Both the position numbers and the translations under genes were made by a program. From an uncultured bacterium (GTDB taxonomy: Bacteria > Muiribacteriota > UBA6191 > CAZXTJ01 > CAYOHP01): a stretch of 64,000 bases of DNA. Below the pieces are notes generated by a model. The model saw only the letters and a program-made list of their open reading frames with translations. It made no database searches and was not told the DNA's origin. Of this stretch, positions 18,031 to 27,672 are shown piece by piece. Positions within the stretch are counted from its first letter, which is position 1, and the number at the start of each line of letters is the position of its first letter. The DNA lies in NCBI GenBank assembly GCA_964403795.1, contig CAYOHP010000027.1:1257-65256 (forward strand), given 5' to 3'.

Positions 18031-19368
18031 GTGGGTAAAGAATTCCATCCGCCCCTGGTCGACTCGAACCGGTCCGTCTGGGTGAAGGCACGCGGGCGTC
18101 GGACCCTCCGGAAGCCGCTGGCGGGGAGGCACCGGACCCGCGTGGCGATCGTGGGGGCAGGGTTCACGGGGCTCTCGACGGCCTTCCACCTGACCGAGAG
18201 CCATCCCGACACCGAGGTGACGATCCTGGAAGCTGCCCGGATCGGCTCCGGGGCCAGCGGTCGCAACGGCGGCATGATGCTGAACTGGATCGGGGGACTC
18301 GAGAGCGAGGACCTCGAGCTGGCACAGGCGAGCTACCGGACCAGCATGGAGGGGATCGCGGTCCTGGGGGCGATGATCGAGCGGCTGGCGGCCCCCGGGC
18401 TGTGGCGCCGGGAGGGCAGCCTCGATGTCTATACCGATGCCCGACGGGCCGAGGCCTCGGCCCGGGAGTGCGAACGCCTGCAGTCGGTGGGGATCCCGAT
18501 CACCTTCCTCCCGCCCCGGGAGCTGGCCGAACGTCTCGAGATCCGGGGGGTGCACGGCGCCCAGCTCGATCCCAACGCCGGGCAGCTCGACGGCCTGGGG
18601 CTGCTCGTGGGTCTGGCGCCACTGCTCGAGGAGCGCGGGGTCCGGATCCACGAGGGGTCGCCCGTGCTCTCGATCCGGGAGGGGGCGGTCCTGGAACTCG
18701 AGCTTCCCGGGGGCACCGTGGAAGCCGATGCCGTGGTGCTCGCCACCAATGCCTACACGGCCCGGCTCGGGTACTTCACCCACTCGGTCCTGCCCCTGCA
18801 CTCGCACGTGATCGGGACCCATCCCCGGGAGCCCGAGGAGTGGCGCCGGCTGGGTTTCAAGGGGGCCTACGGGTTCGCCGACGACTCCGGCCGGGTCGCC
18901 TACGCGGCCCTCTCGCCGCGGGGCGAGCTGATCTTCGGGGGAGGAGGGAACGAAGCCTATTCCTACCTCTATGGCGGCGGAACCGCGTTCCGCGGCGTGC
19001 GGGCTGGGCATGCGACCGCGGTCCGCCGGAAGCTGCTCCACTACATGCCGCAGCTCGAGGAGGTGGAGTTCCCGTTCCGCTGGAGCGGACCGGTGGGATT
19101 GACCCTGACCCGGGTCTGCACCATGGGAGTCATGGGCGCGCGGAAGAACGTGTTCTACGCCCTGGGGTACAGCGGCCACGGGGTGGTGATGGCGAACCTG
19201 GCGGGTCGGGTGATCCGGGATCTGTGGGCCGGCGACGCGGCGCGCTGGAGCGGGTTGCCGTTCATGGGGCGCGATCCCCTGCCGATCCCGCCCGAGCCCT
19301 TCCGGTGGATCGGCTACCAGGCATTCACGCGGCTGACCGGGAAGTCGCCGCGGCGGCGGATGAAGTAG
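18031..19368 (+). CDS. FAD-dependent oxidoreductase (DAO/PuuB-like); start uncertain
   Basis: IVGAGFTGLSTA, GSGASGRNGG, VVLATNAY, GYSGHGV. Confidence 0.85.
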   Translation: MGKEFHPPLVDSNRSVWVKARGRRTLRKPLAGRHRTRVAIVGAGFTGLSTAFHLTESHPDTEVTILEAARIGSGASGRNGGMMLNWIGGLESEDLELAQASYRTSMEGIAVLGAMIERLAAPGLWRREGSLDVYTDARRAEASARECERLQSVGIPITFLPPRELAERLEIRGVHGAQLDPNAGQLDGLGLLVGLAPLLEERGVRIHEGSPVLSIREGAVLELELPGGTVEADAVVLATNAYTARLGYFTHSVLPLHSHVIGTHPREPEEWRRLGFKGAYGFADDSGRVAYAALSPRGELIFGGGGNEAYSYLYGGGTAFRGVRAGHATAVRRKLLHYMPQLEEVEFPFRWSGPVGLTLTRVCTMGVMGARKNVFYALGYSGHGVVMANLAGRVIRDLWAGDAARWSGLPFMGRDPLPIPPEPFRWIGYQAFTRLTGKSPRRRMK

Positions 19369-19404
19369 GCAGGGACGCGGGGCGCGGCCGGTTGTGCCCG
19401 GCGG

Positions 19405-21480
19405 TCAGGGGCGGCGCTCGGGGAGCTTGCGGAAGCCCTGGCTGGCGTCGTCGACCCGGTCCAGGAGGTCGCCGACCCGGAGATCCACCGCTGCGTCCTC
19501 TGCTCCCGGCGCGGATCCGACCAGCATCTCGGCGGCCCTTGCCTGGCCGGGCCGGTCGCTCCGGGAGATCATCCCCAGGGCCCGGCTGGCATCCACCTGG
19601 ATCCAGGTCTTGCTCGCGTCCCGGGAGCCCGGGGCCAAGAGGTCGCGGAGGCGGCCCAGGGCCAGATCGCCGCCCAGGAACCCGAGCAGGTCGAAGAAGG
19701 TGCGGCAGAGGGCGGGCGATCCCGTGGCGGCATGCTCGTGGCGGAGCAGGAGACCTACCAGCTCGTCGACCCGGTGGTCGGGCGGGAAGAAACCCCGGTC
19801 CAGTCCCTGGTGGAGCGCCTGGAGGACCATTTCGAGGTCGCCGTGCTGGACCTTCTCGAGATCCTCGAGCAGGACGAAGTAGCTGTCCGACACGCCGATC
19901 GAGGAGAGGGCGGCCAGGAAGGGCTGGTCACCCAGGGGGTCGAGGTCGGCCATGGTGGTCCGGATCCGGTCGAGCTCCTCGATGGCCTTCTGCCGGAGAT
20001 CGTCGCGCCCGGGCAGCACCCGCTCCGGGAGGTCGAAGCGGAGGAGCGGCTTGCGCCGCGCCGGATCGAGGGCGGTCTCGATCCGCCCCAGGGTCTCCAT
20101 GAGGCTGGAGAGATCGGCTGAGGTCTTGGTCTCACTCCGGGTGCTCGGACCCAGCCAGGACCTGACCCCGAGTCCGACTGCGACCAGGGCGGCGAGTCCG
20201 GCCGCGGCCATGCCGGCCCTCTGGCCGGGGCTCGGGCCGGGAGGTGGACGGGAGATGCGGAGGGCAGCGGAGGAGGTCCCGAAGCCGGTCGGGCTGGTGG
20301 CGCCCAGGGTGCCGGGGCCGCCCAGGGTCCGCTGTGCCTGGCTGAGGGCAGTGGCATGGGTCCGGGAGGTGGCGAAGGTGCCCGAGGATTCGAGGCGAGC
20401 CGCGGTGCCGCCCAGGTGGGTGGCGCGGGTGGCGCTCACGGAGCCGCCCAGGGTGGCTCCCGCAGTACCCGGGAGGGAGGTGGCGGTGGTCCCGCCGGCG
20501 GCCGCACCGTTGGGCGCCCCGGCGGTCATTCCGGTGCGCCGGTGGATCCCGGAAGCGGTCTCCGGGATGCCAGCGCTCGGATCCTGGGCGGGGGAGGAGG
20601 AGCTCCCGTCCTGGTACCCGATCCGTCGCAACTTGTCCTCGGCGTGCTGGAGGGCGATCTCGAAGGCCCGGGCCGTGGGGTAGCGCTCCTCGGGGGCCTT
20701 GGCCACGGCCCCGGCGAGGAGCTCGTCCACCAGGCCGGGCAGGCCGGGGAAGAGGAAGGACGGAGCGGGGACCGGCTCGTTGATGTGGGCCATCATCGTG
20801 ACCATCGAGTTCTCGTCCCCGAAGGGCAGCCGGCCGGTGATCAACTCGTAGAGCACGACGCCGGCCGAGTAGAGATCGGTCCGGGCGTCGAGTTTCCGGT
20901 TCATGGCCTGTTCCGGTGCCATGTAGGCGGGAGTGCCGACGATCACCCCGGTGCGGGTCTGCTGGGTGTTGTCGGACTTGGCGATGCCGAAGTCCAGGAC
21001 CTTCACCCTTCCCTGGTCGTCGATGAGGATGTTCTCCGACTTGATGTCCCGGTGGATCACCCCTTTCTCATGGGCGGCCCGCAGCGCCTGCAAGAGGTCC
21101 CGGGCGATCCTCAAGGCTTCGTAGACGGGGATCCGGCCCCGGGTCTCCACTTCCTTCTTCACGGTGGAACCGGAGACGAACTCGAAGACGATGAAGGGGA
21201 CTGCCCCGTCCTTGCCGGCATCGAGGACCTGGACCAGATTGGGGTGCTGCAGTGCGGCCAGGGTCTTGGCCTCGTTCATGAACCGGGCCTCGGTGTCGTC
21301 GCCCTCGAAGAGGTTGCCCGCCATGAACTTGATGGCGACGTCCCGGCCGGTCCCGGTCTGCTTGGCCCGGTAGACGGCACCCATCCCGCCGCGCCCGATG
21401 ATCTCCTGGATCTGGTAGCGCGCCAGGAACTCGGGACTGAGCGCGAAATTGCCCGCCGTCCCCCCGTTGCCGTCCGTCAA
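19405..21480 (-). CDS. Membrane Hanks-type Ser/Thr kinase with low-complexity linker and C-terminal helical domain
   Basis: GRGGMG, VAIK, HRDIKSEN, DFG, GTPAYMAPE; TM segment AAAGLAALVAVGLGV. Confidence 0.95.
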   Translation of the reverse strand: MTDGNGGTAGNFALSPEFLARYQIQEIIGRGGMGAVYRAKQTGTGRDVAIKFMAGNLFEGDDTEARFMNEAKTLAALQHPNLVQVLDAGKDGAVPFIVFEFVSGSTVKKEVETRGRIPVYEALRIARDLLQALRAAHEKGVIHRDIKSENILIDDQGRVKVLDFGIAKSDNTQQTRTGVIVGTPAYMAPEQAMNRKLDARTDLYSAGVVLYELITGRLPFGDENSMVTMMAHINEPVPAPSFLFPGLPGLVDELLAGAVAKAPEERYPTARAFEIALQHAEDKLRRIGYQDGSSSSPAQDPSAGIPETASGIHRRTGMTAGAPNGAAAGGTTATSLPGTAGATLGGSVSATRATHLGGTAARLESSGTFATSRTHATALSQAQRTLGGPGTLGATSPTGFGTSSAALRISRPPPGPSPGQRAGMAAAGLAALVAVGLGVRSWLGPSTRSETKTSADLSSLMETLGRIETALDPARRKPLLRFDLPERVLPGRDDLRQKAIEELDRIRTTMADLDPLGDQPFLAALSSIGVSDSYFVLLEDLEKVQHGDLEMVLQALHQGLDRGFFPPDHRVDELVGLLLRHEHAATGSPALCRTFFDLLGFLGGDLALGRLRDLLAPGSRDASKTWIQVDASRALGMISRSDRPGQARAAEMLVGSAPGAEDAAVDLRVGDLLDRVDDASQGFRKLPERRP

Positions 21481-21624
21481 CTCCCAGGGACCTTCCGTCC
21501 GGGATCGCGTCGGAACAGGACGCCATCCGCCGCTAGGGTAGACGACCGGGACCGGTCCCGAGGGAGTGTCGGAGGTGTTCGACGCGGACTCGTCGCGAAA
21601 CCTGTGCTGGAGGGGGGGACGGGC

Positions 21625-22797
21625 CTACTTGGACCCGGCCGCCATCAGCTTGTTCCGCTGGACCTGGAGTGCCTTGACCCGCTCGAGGAGCTCGCGGCCT
21701 TCGGTGGTACCGCCCCTGCCGCCGCGCTGGAGGCTCTGGAGATCGGAGACGGCCTTGGCGTACTCGCGGTTGACCTCGCTGAGGGTCGAGGGCAGCGGGG
21801 ACTGGGGGGCGGTGGCCGGCTGGACCGCGCTCGCCAGGGCGGTGCCGGTCCCGGTCTCGACGCCTCCCGTACCCTGGGGGCCGCCGGTCCCGGTCTCGCC
21901 GGTGGCGACCTGGGTCGGGACGGTGTCGGGAAGGGGGTCCTCGAACATGGTGACCGGACCCGGCTCCTGCTGGCCCGGCGGTTCGCCGGTGGCCGGCGGG
22001 GCGCCGTTCAGGCGGGAGAGGACGTAGTCCCGGAGGGTCCCTCCCGAACGCACGTTCTTCATCCAGTAAGTCTCCCAGACGTAGCGATGGCGGGTCCGGT
22101 TGTCGGTGTCCGGGTTGTAGTTGGCCCGGATGGTCACGCCCTGGCCGGCACCCACCTGGCGACCGAACGAATCCAGACCGTTCAGGCCCAGCCACTCGTC
22201 GATGGCCCGCTGGACCCTGGGATCGTCCACGAAGTTGGCGGCCAGCGGCGGGGGCGAAGGCGAGGTAGCGACCCCGGCGGCCGGCGGCGGTTCGAAGAAG
22301 CCGGTGTCCTTGTTGTAGTCCTGGATCTTCTGATAGCCCTCCTCGATCCGCTGCTGGTTCTGCTGCAGGGTCTCGAGGCGCTTCTGGAAGGACGAGACAT
22401 CGACCTTCTTCTCGATCAGGGCGGCGCGGGCCTTCAGGAGCTGGAGGTAGAGGTCCTCATTGGCTCGGCTGGCCTCGGCGAGCTCGTCGAGCTTGGCCTG
22501 GACCGCGGGATCGGTGGGGCTGGCAGCACCGTCGCCGGCGTTGTAGGTGTCGATGACGTTCTTCTGGAGCTCGTAGACCTTCTGCTGGCTGGCCTCGACC
22601 TGGTCGAGGAACTTGCCCAACTCGCCGGTGTCGGCCTTGCCCTTGCCGCCTCCGAAGAGCCCCTTGATCTTCTCCATGGCACCGGAGAAGAACCCTCCCA
22701 CCGACTCCATGATCCCGGCATGGGCCGAGGGCACACCGGTGACGAGCAGGGCCAGGACCAGGGCGGCATGCTTGCCGTTGGCACCCGGTCGGACCAT
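21625..22797 (-). CDS. Secreted coiled-coil hypothetical protein
   Basis: AGGAGG SD, signal peptide (PSAHA), heptad-rich Q/E/K segments. Confidence 0.7.
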   Translation of the reverse strand: MVRPGANGKHAALVLALLVTGVPSAHAGIMESVGGFFSGAMEKIKGLFGGGKGKADTGELGKFLDQVEASQQKVYELQKNVIDTYNAGDGAASPTDPAVQAKLDELAEASRANEDLYLQLLKARAALIEKKVDVSSFQKRLETLQQNQQRIEEGYQKIQDYNKDTGFFEPPPAAGVATSPSPPPLAANFVDDPRVQRAIDEWLGLNGLDSFGRQVGAGQGVTIRANYNPDTDNRTRHRYVWETYWMKNVRSGGTLRDYVLSRLNGAPPATGEPPGQQEPGPVTMFEDPLPDTVPTQVATGETGTGGPQGTGGVETGTGTALASAVQPATAPQSPLPSTLSEVNREYAKAVSDLQSLQRGGRGGTTEGRELLERVKALQVQRNKLMAAGSK

Positions 22798-22866
22798 TCC
22801 ACGCCTCCTCGTTCGCTGGGGCTCCGCATGCAGTCTAAGGAAGAATGCTGAGGCTGCCCACCCCTT

Positions 22867-25788
22867 CTACGAAGCGTCGGGTACGGAGGTTGCAGCGACG
22901 GGAAGGCCGGGAGCCGCGTGCCGGGCGAGCCGGTCGAGGGCCCGGGAGGAGCGGTCGACGCCCTGTGCGGCCTGGAGGTAGGCCTTCTCCAGGGCCTCGA
23001 GGCCTGTGTCCGGGGCCTGGAGGAGGCTGGAGAGGGCCTGTGCGGCCTGGGTCGGATCCCCCTCGGGGGTGGCCCGATGGGGGTAGCGGCCGGCTTCCAC
23101 GAAGGCCTCCACCTTGGGGTCGTAGGGGAGGACCAGCAGAGGGATCCGGCGATCGGCCGCCAGGAAGCATACATGCAGGCGCATGCAGGCCAGCGCCGCC
23201 AGACCCTCGAGGGCCTGGTCCTCCCCGCCGGAGGTGAGATCGGCGACCTCGGTGGCATGGCCCTCCTTGGCCAGCTGGAGGGCGACGGTGTCGAGAAGAC
23301 CCCGGTCCATGGCGGGATGGGCCGAGAGCAGGCGGACTCCGGTGAGACCCCGGTCCCTGGCCTTCTCGGCCAAGGCCCGTGCCAGGGGGAGGGCGAAGCA
23401 GGTTCGCCCCCCCGGAAGCGGACGGAGGCAGATCCCCAGGACCGTGCCGGGCTGGTGAACCGGGCCCCGGCTCCCCAGGAAGAAGAGATCGCTGCCGAGG
23501 ACGGCGTCCGGTCCGGCCAGGGCCCGGCTCGCCTCGTCCCGGACCAGGCACAGGTGGGAGGTCCTGGCGAACCATTCGAGCCCGGCCCGCAGCCAGGGAC
23601 GCGAGACCGGACCGAAGCCCTCGCCCAGGAAGGCGGTCCGCGGCACGAAGAGGGCCCGGGCCAGGGCGTGGAGGCCGAGGTAGTAGAGCGGGGAGAGGAT
23701 ACCGCTACGGTCCTGGACCAGGCCTCCGGGTCCGGTGGCGAAGAGGTCGGCGTGGCGCAGGGCTTCGGTCACTGCGATCGGGTCCCTGCGCCGGATCGGT
23801 ACGACCGGGAGGTCCTCCGGGAGGGAGGCGGGCTCGGGGATCAGCAGCGCCAGATCCACCCCTCGGGGCTTGCGGGCCGCCAGTTCCATCACCAGGCGGC
23901 GGGCCAGGACCTCGTCCCCGTAGTTCCCGAACCCGGCGTAGCCGGCGACCACCCAGAGCCGGCGCCGACCCTTGCGACGCAGGAGGAGGCGGTAGAGGAA
24001 GGCCCCCAGCAGGGCGCCGGGCAGGCCGAAGAGGAGTCCGACCGCACCCCGTCCCAGGGAATCGAGGAAGGATGCCTTCAGGTGGCAGAAGGAGTTGGTG
24101 GCCGAGACCCCGGCCACGGTACCCGCCAGGGCCAACCATGGGGTCCAGAACGGGTCGGCAGAGGCTGCCGCCGCCACCAGCGCACCCAGGGCCGGGTATC
24201 CGATCAGGACCTCCTTGGTGCGGGGGCGCCAGGGGAGGCTGGCCTCGAGCGAATCGCGCATGGCGTGTTCGGCGTCGGTAGCCGGGACCGGGGAGAAGTT
24301 CCCGCTGCGCATCAGGTAGACGGCGCCGAGGCCCAGGGCCAGGCCCAGGATCGCGAGTTCGGCCAAGCGCGGGCGTCGGCGGTAGGGGTCGAGGCGGCAG
24401 AGGTCGTAGCAGGCCACCAGGGCCAGCGGGCCGAGGTAGACCAGCTTCACACCCCGGAATTCGAGGGTCCGATCGACGTACCCCGGGTCGCCGAGGAGGG
24501 CGGTGATCGCCATCCCGGCCAGGGCGCTCGCCAGGTACACCCCGACAAGTCCCAGGAGCAGGCGCGCCCATCCGGCTCGTCGGCCTGCGGCCTCGCGGAG
24601 GTCGAGCACGGCCGCCGCCGGGGCGGTGCATCCCGCCAGGAGGGCGAGCAGGTTGGGAACCAGACCCCTCGGCTGGAGCCCTGCCAAGACACCGCCCAGG
24701 ACTCCCAGGGTCGCCCCCGCGAACAGCAGCCAGAAGGGAGGGAGGATGCGGAAGTAGGCTGCCACCCAGGCCAGGGCGATGCCGGCCGCCAGGGCGCCCA
24801 GGAACCGGCCGGATCGGGACCCGGTCAGGTGGGCCTGGGGGTCGAGGGGGGAGCCGACCCGATAGCCCACAGCTGCCAGGCGGGCCCGCACCGTCGAGAG
24901 GTAGGCCAGGTTGGCTTCCAGGGCGGTGGCGCGGTCATAGGGAAGGTTGTGGACCGGGAAAGCCCGGAGGTAGAGGCATCGGACCCGCCGCTCCTCGGCC
25001 GCCCGGATCCAGCGGGGCAGGACCCGGGAGAGGGGATACTTCTCGAGCTCCTCCTCGGGGATCGAATGGACCGCCACGATGGGGAGCCGTCCGATCCGGG
25101 CCAGGTCCTCGACGCCGCGCTGGCCCGCGAACTCCACGACTCCCAGGCGGGCTCCCCGGGCGGAGAGCTGCTCCCCGGCCGGCCGGAGGAGGGAGGGATA
25201 GCCCAGGGCTTCCTTGTCGTCGAAGATGACAAGGCCTCCCTCCGGGATCCCGGAGGCGAGGACCGGGAGGACCTCCCGGCGGACCGGGGAGTTCTTGACC
25301 CGGACCACGGACTGGAGACCTCGGGCCTGGATCCGGGTGTGGATTCCGCTGGGGTAGAGGAGGGGGAGCTCCCACACCAGTGAACCCGAGGCGGCGAGGA
25401 CCCTGGTGTCGGCCCGGTGTTCGAGACCGAACGCCTGGTGCAGGGGACCGTCGAGGTCGAAGGCTGCTCCGGACCCCTGGATGCGGAATCCCGTCCTTCC
25501 CGGCTCCACCGGAACGCGGACGACATGGCCATCGGCCTCCAGGTCGGCGAGCGATCGGGGCGCCACGGACACGGCGTTGGCCCCGGCCGCGGCCAGCCGG
25601 TCGAGGAGGCCTGCCTCGGGGATCCCGACCGCCTCGGCCTGGGCCCGGAAGCTCGCCAGATCGGCCACCAGGAGGAGCTCCCGGTCGAGGTTCTCGAAGC
25701 GCATCCGCTCCATCAGGCCGGGCAGGGTGGCGAGAGCCAGGAGCGCGAAAACCAGGGGCAACGAGGTCGGGACGGGAAGTCGGGTCAC
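22867..25788 (-). CDS. DUF5693-family membrane protein fused to CsaB-type polysaccharide pyruvyl transferase
   Basis: N-part: ERRVRCLYLR, FRGVKL, RSGN, RPRTKE.LIG.P, NSFCH. C-part: GYAGFGNYGDE, GGLVQD, YYL, MRLH, YDPKV. Confidence 0.85.
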   Translation of the reverse strand: MTRLPVPTSLPLVFALLALATLPGLMERMRFENLDRELLLVADLASFRAQAEAVGIPEAGLLDRLAAAGANAVSVAPRSLADLEADGHVVRVPVEPGRTGFRIQGSGAAFDLDGPLHQAFGLEHRADTRVLAASGSLVWELPLLYPSGIHTRIQARGLQSVVRVKNSPVRREVLPVLASGIPEGGLVIFDDKEALGYPSLLRPAGEQLSARGARLGVVEFAGQRGVEDLARIGRLPIVAVHSIPEEELEKYPLSRVLPRWIRAAEERRVRCLYLRAFPVHNLPYDRATALEANLAYLSTVRARLAAVGYRVGSPLDPQAHLTGSRSGRFLGALAAGIALAWVAAYFRILPPFWLLFAGATLGVLGGVLAGLQPRGLVPNLLALLAGCTAPAAAVLDLREAAGRRAGWARLLLGLVGVYLASALAGMAITALLGDPGYVDRTLEFRGVKLVYLGPLALVACYDLCRLDPYRRRPRLAELAILGLALGLGAVYLMRSGNFSPVPATDAEHAMRDSLEASLPWRPRTKEVLIGYPALGALVAAAASADPFWTPWLALAGTVAGVSATNSFCHLKASFLDSLGRGAVGLLFGLPGALLGAFLYRLLLRRKGRRRLWVVAGYAGFGNYGDEVLARRLVMELAARKPRGVDLALLIPEPASLPEDLPVVPIRRRDPIAVTEALRHADLFATGPGGLVQDRSGILSPLYYLGLHALARALFVPRTAFLGEGFGPVSRPWLRAGLEWFARTSHLCLVRDEASRALAGPDAVLGSDLFFLGSRGPVHQPGTVLGICLRPLPGGRTCFALPLARALAEKARDRGLTGVRLLSAHPAMDRGLLDTVALQLAKEGHATEVADLTSGGEDQALEGLAALACMRLHVCFLAADRRIPLLVLPYDPKVEAFVEAGRYPHRATPEGDPTQAAQALSSLLQAPDTGLEALEKAYLQAAQGVDRSSRALDRLARHAAPGLPVAATSVPDAS

Positions 25789-25850
25789 GGGGGGACACTA
25801 GCGGTCCGGCGAGCGGACGTGCCACTCCGGGAGACGAGGACGGGGCGGGG

Positions 25851-27590
25851 TCAGGAACCCTCGGGTTTACCGTCGTCCCCCTGGCTGGGGACGGCTTGCG
25901 AGGCGGTACGCCGGACCTGGGCGGCCCGGGCACTCGGGTCCTGGCTACCGGCCTCGCCCTCGGCCTTGCGCTGGGCCGCGATCTTGGCCGCTGCCCGGGC
26001 CTTGGCGGCGAGGTTGGGATCGACCGCCTGCTGGAGGGCGGTGCGCTGGGCCGCGATCCGCCGGGCCAAGTCGGCTGCTTCCCGGGCCTTCTCGGTGTCG
26101 CCGGCCTGGGCGAGGGCCCTGGCCTTCGCGATCGCGGCAGCCTGGGCTCGCTCGAGGCGGGCTTCCGAATCGCCTTCGACTCCGGCAGGCATGATGAAGG
26201 CAGCGGTCCCCTGGGGAGGGCCGGGGTTCAGGACCAGACCGCCCTTCGGTGGCGCCGGAGCCGGAGCCGGTTCGGGCGCGGCCTTGCCGTGGGCCTCCTT
26301 GAGTGGTGAGGCTCCGTCCGGCTGCGCCAGCTCGACCCGGTTCCGGCCGCCCTGCTTGGCCCGGTAGAGGGCCTCGTCGGCCAGCTTGACCAGGACACCC
26401 TTCTCGCGGCCGTCGTCGGGGAAGCACGCCACTCCGACCGAGAGGGTCACCCTGAGGTCGCCCTTCGAGGTCTTGTAGACGGCGTTCTCGACCGCCGACC
26501 GGAGCCGCTCGGCCATCTGGGCGGCGCCGCGCTTGCCGGTCTGGGGGAGGATGAGAACGAACTCCTCGCCGCCGTAGCGGCAGGGGATGTCGCTCTCCCG
26601 GGCGAGGTCTGCGAGCAGCTTGGCGGTCTGGGCCAAGACCTGGTCTCCCACCTGGTGGCCGTAGGTGTCGTTGAAGCTCTTGAACTTGTCGATGTCCGTC
26701 AGGAGGATCGAGACCGGGTCTCCGTAGCGATCGGCGCGCTTCAACTCGCGGTCCATCGAATCCTGGTAGTAGCGGTGGTTGAAGAGCTTCGTCAGGCCGT
26801 CCTTCTCGGCGAACTCCTTGGTGACCCCGAAAACCTTGGCGTTCTTGATCGCCATGGCCGCCAGGCTGGCCAGGAAGGTGATGAGGCGCATCTCGTCCGA
26901 GAGGTTGGCGCCTTCCTTCTTCTTCTCGAGGGTCTCGATGTTCAGGGCACCGAGCTTCTCCTGGTTGTTGACCAGCGGGACGCAGAGCACGCTCGGGAAC
27001 TTGCTGCGCTTCTTGATGTCCATCAGGGCCGGATCGCGCTGGATCGCGCCGGGGTCGACCGCGTTGCCGGTCTCGGCCACCCAGCCGACGATGCCTTCCC
27101 CGATCCGGACCTCGGTGTTCTTCTCGCTGTCAGGCCACCCCACCGAGTTCGCCAGCTTCATCCCCTGGCTCGAGCCCTCCACGAGCCAGAGCGACGCCCG
27201 GGCGGCACCCATCGAGCCCACTGTTTCCATGATGCTCTCCAGGAGCTTCTGGAGGTCGAGGCTGGCGCCGGTGATCTTGGCGATGGCGGCCAGGCTGGCG
27301 ACGGTGGTGGAGCTCTTCATGGACTTTTCCTTGAGTTCCTCGACCGACCCCTTGAGGCTGGAGTTCTCCCGCATGAGCCGGGCGACCTCGTTGCGGACCT
27401 CGGCGACGTCGTGCTGGCCGGAGGCTTCTCCCTTGGACAGCCAGACGAAGGTCAGGGTCCCCTGGAGGACCGCGAAGAAGACCGCGAAGAGCTGGCGGGC
27501 GAAGGGGATGGGGCCCTCGACCGGCACGAAGTGGATGGCCGCCGCGGTGATGACCGCGATCGACGCGACCTGCAAGGCCTTGCTCTTCAC
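25851..27590 (-). CDS. Diguanylate cyclase (TM-coiled coil-GAF-GGDEF)
   Basis: DGLTKLFN, DIDKFK..ND.YGH..GD, RESD I-site, RYGGEEF; Ala-rich tail. Confidence 0.95.
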   Translation of the reverse strand: MKSKALQVASIAVITAAAIHFVPVEGPIPFARQLFAVFFAVLQGTLTFVWLSKGEASGQHDVAEVRNEVARLMRENSSLKGSVEELKEKSMKSSTTVASLAAIAKITGASLDLQKLLESIMETVGSMGAARASLWLVEGSSQGMKLANSVGWPDSEKNTEVRIGEGIVGWVAETGNAVDPGAIQRDPALMDIKKRSKFPSVLCVPLVNNQEKLGALNIETLEKKKEGANLSDEMRLITFLASLAAMAIKNAKVFGVTKEFAEKDGLTKLFNHRYYQDSMDRELKRADRYGDPVSILLTDIDKFKSFNDTYGHQVGDQVLAQTAKLLADLARESDIPCRYGGEEFVLILPQTGKRGAAQMAERLRSAVENAVYKTSKGDLRVTLSVGVACFPDDGREKGVLVKLADEALYRAKQGGRNRVELAQPDGASPLKEAHGKAAPEPAPAPAPPKGGLVLNPGPPQGTAAFIMPAGVEGDSEARLERAQAAAIAKARALAQAGDTEKAREAADLARRIAAQRTALQQAVDPNLAAKARAAAKIAAQRKAEGEAGSQDPSARAAQVRRTASQAVPSQGDDGKPEGS

Positions 27591-27634
27591 GGGTACCGGT
27601 TCGCCTCCGCTGCTCCGGCGAGGGATCCGGCCGG

Positions 27635-27643
27635 ACTGTAACA
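27635..27643 (-). promoter_or_regulatory. Extended -10 (TG-t-TACAGT) upstream of the GGDEF gene
   Basis: Direct sequence in the intergenic gap. Confidence 0.35.
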
Positions 27644-27672
27644 CCCGGGAGGCCCGGCCTCCACGGAGTCGG

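Noticed and set aside
21547-21560. Palindrome cgggaccggtcccg, partly echoed near the tRNA promoter
   Set aside because: GC-rich and short, so a chance match is likely; no further copies were confirmed.
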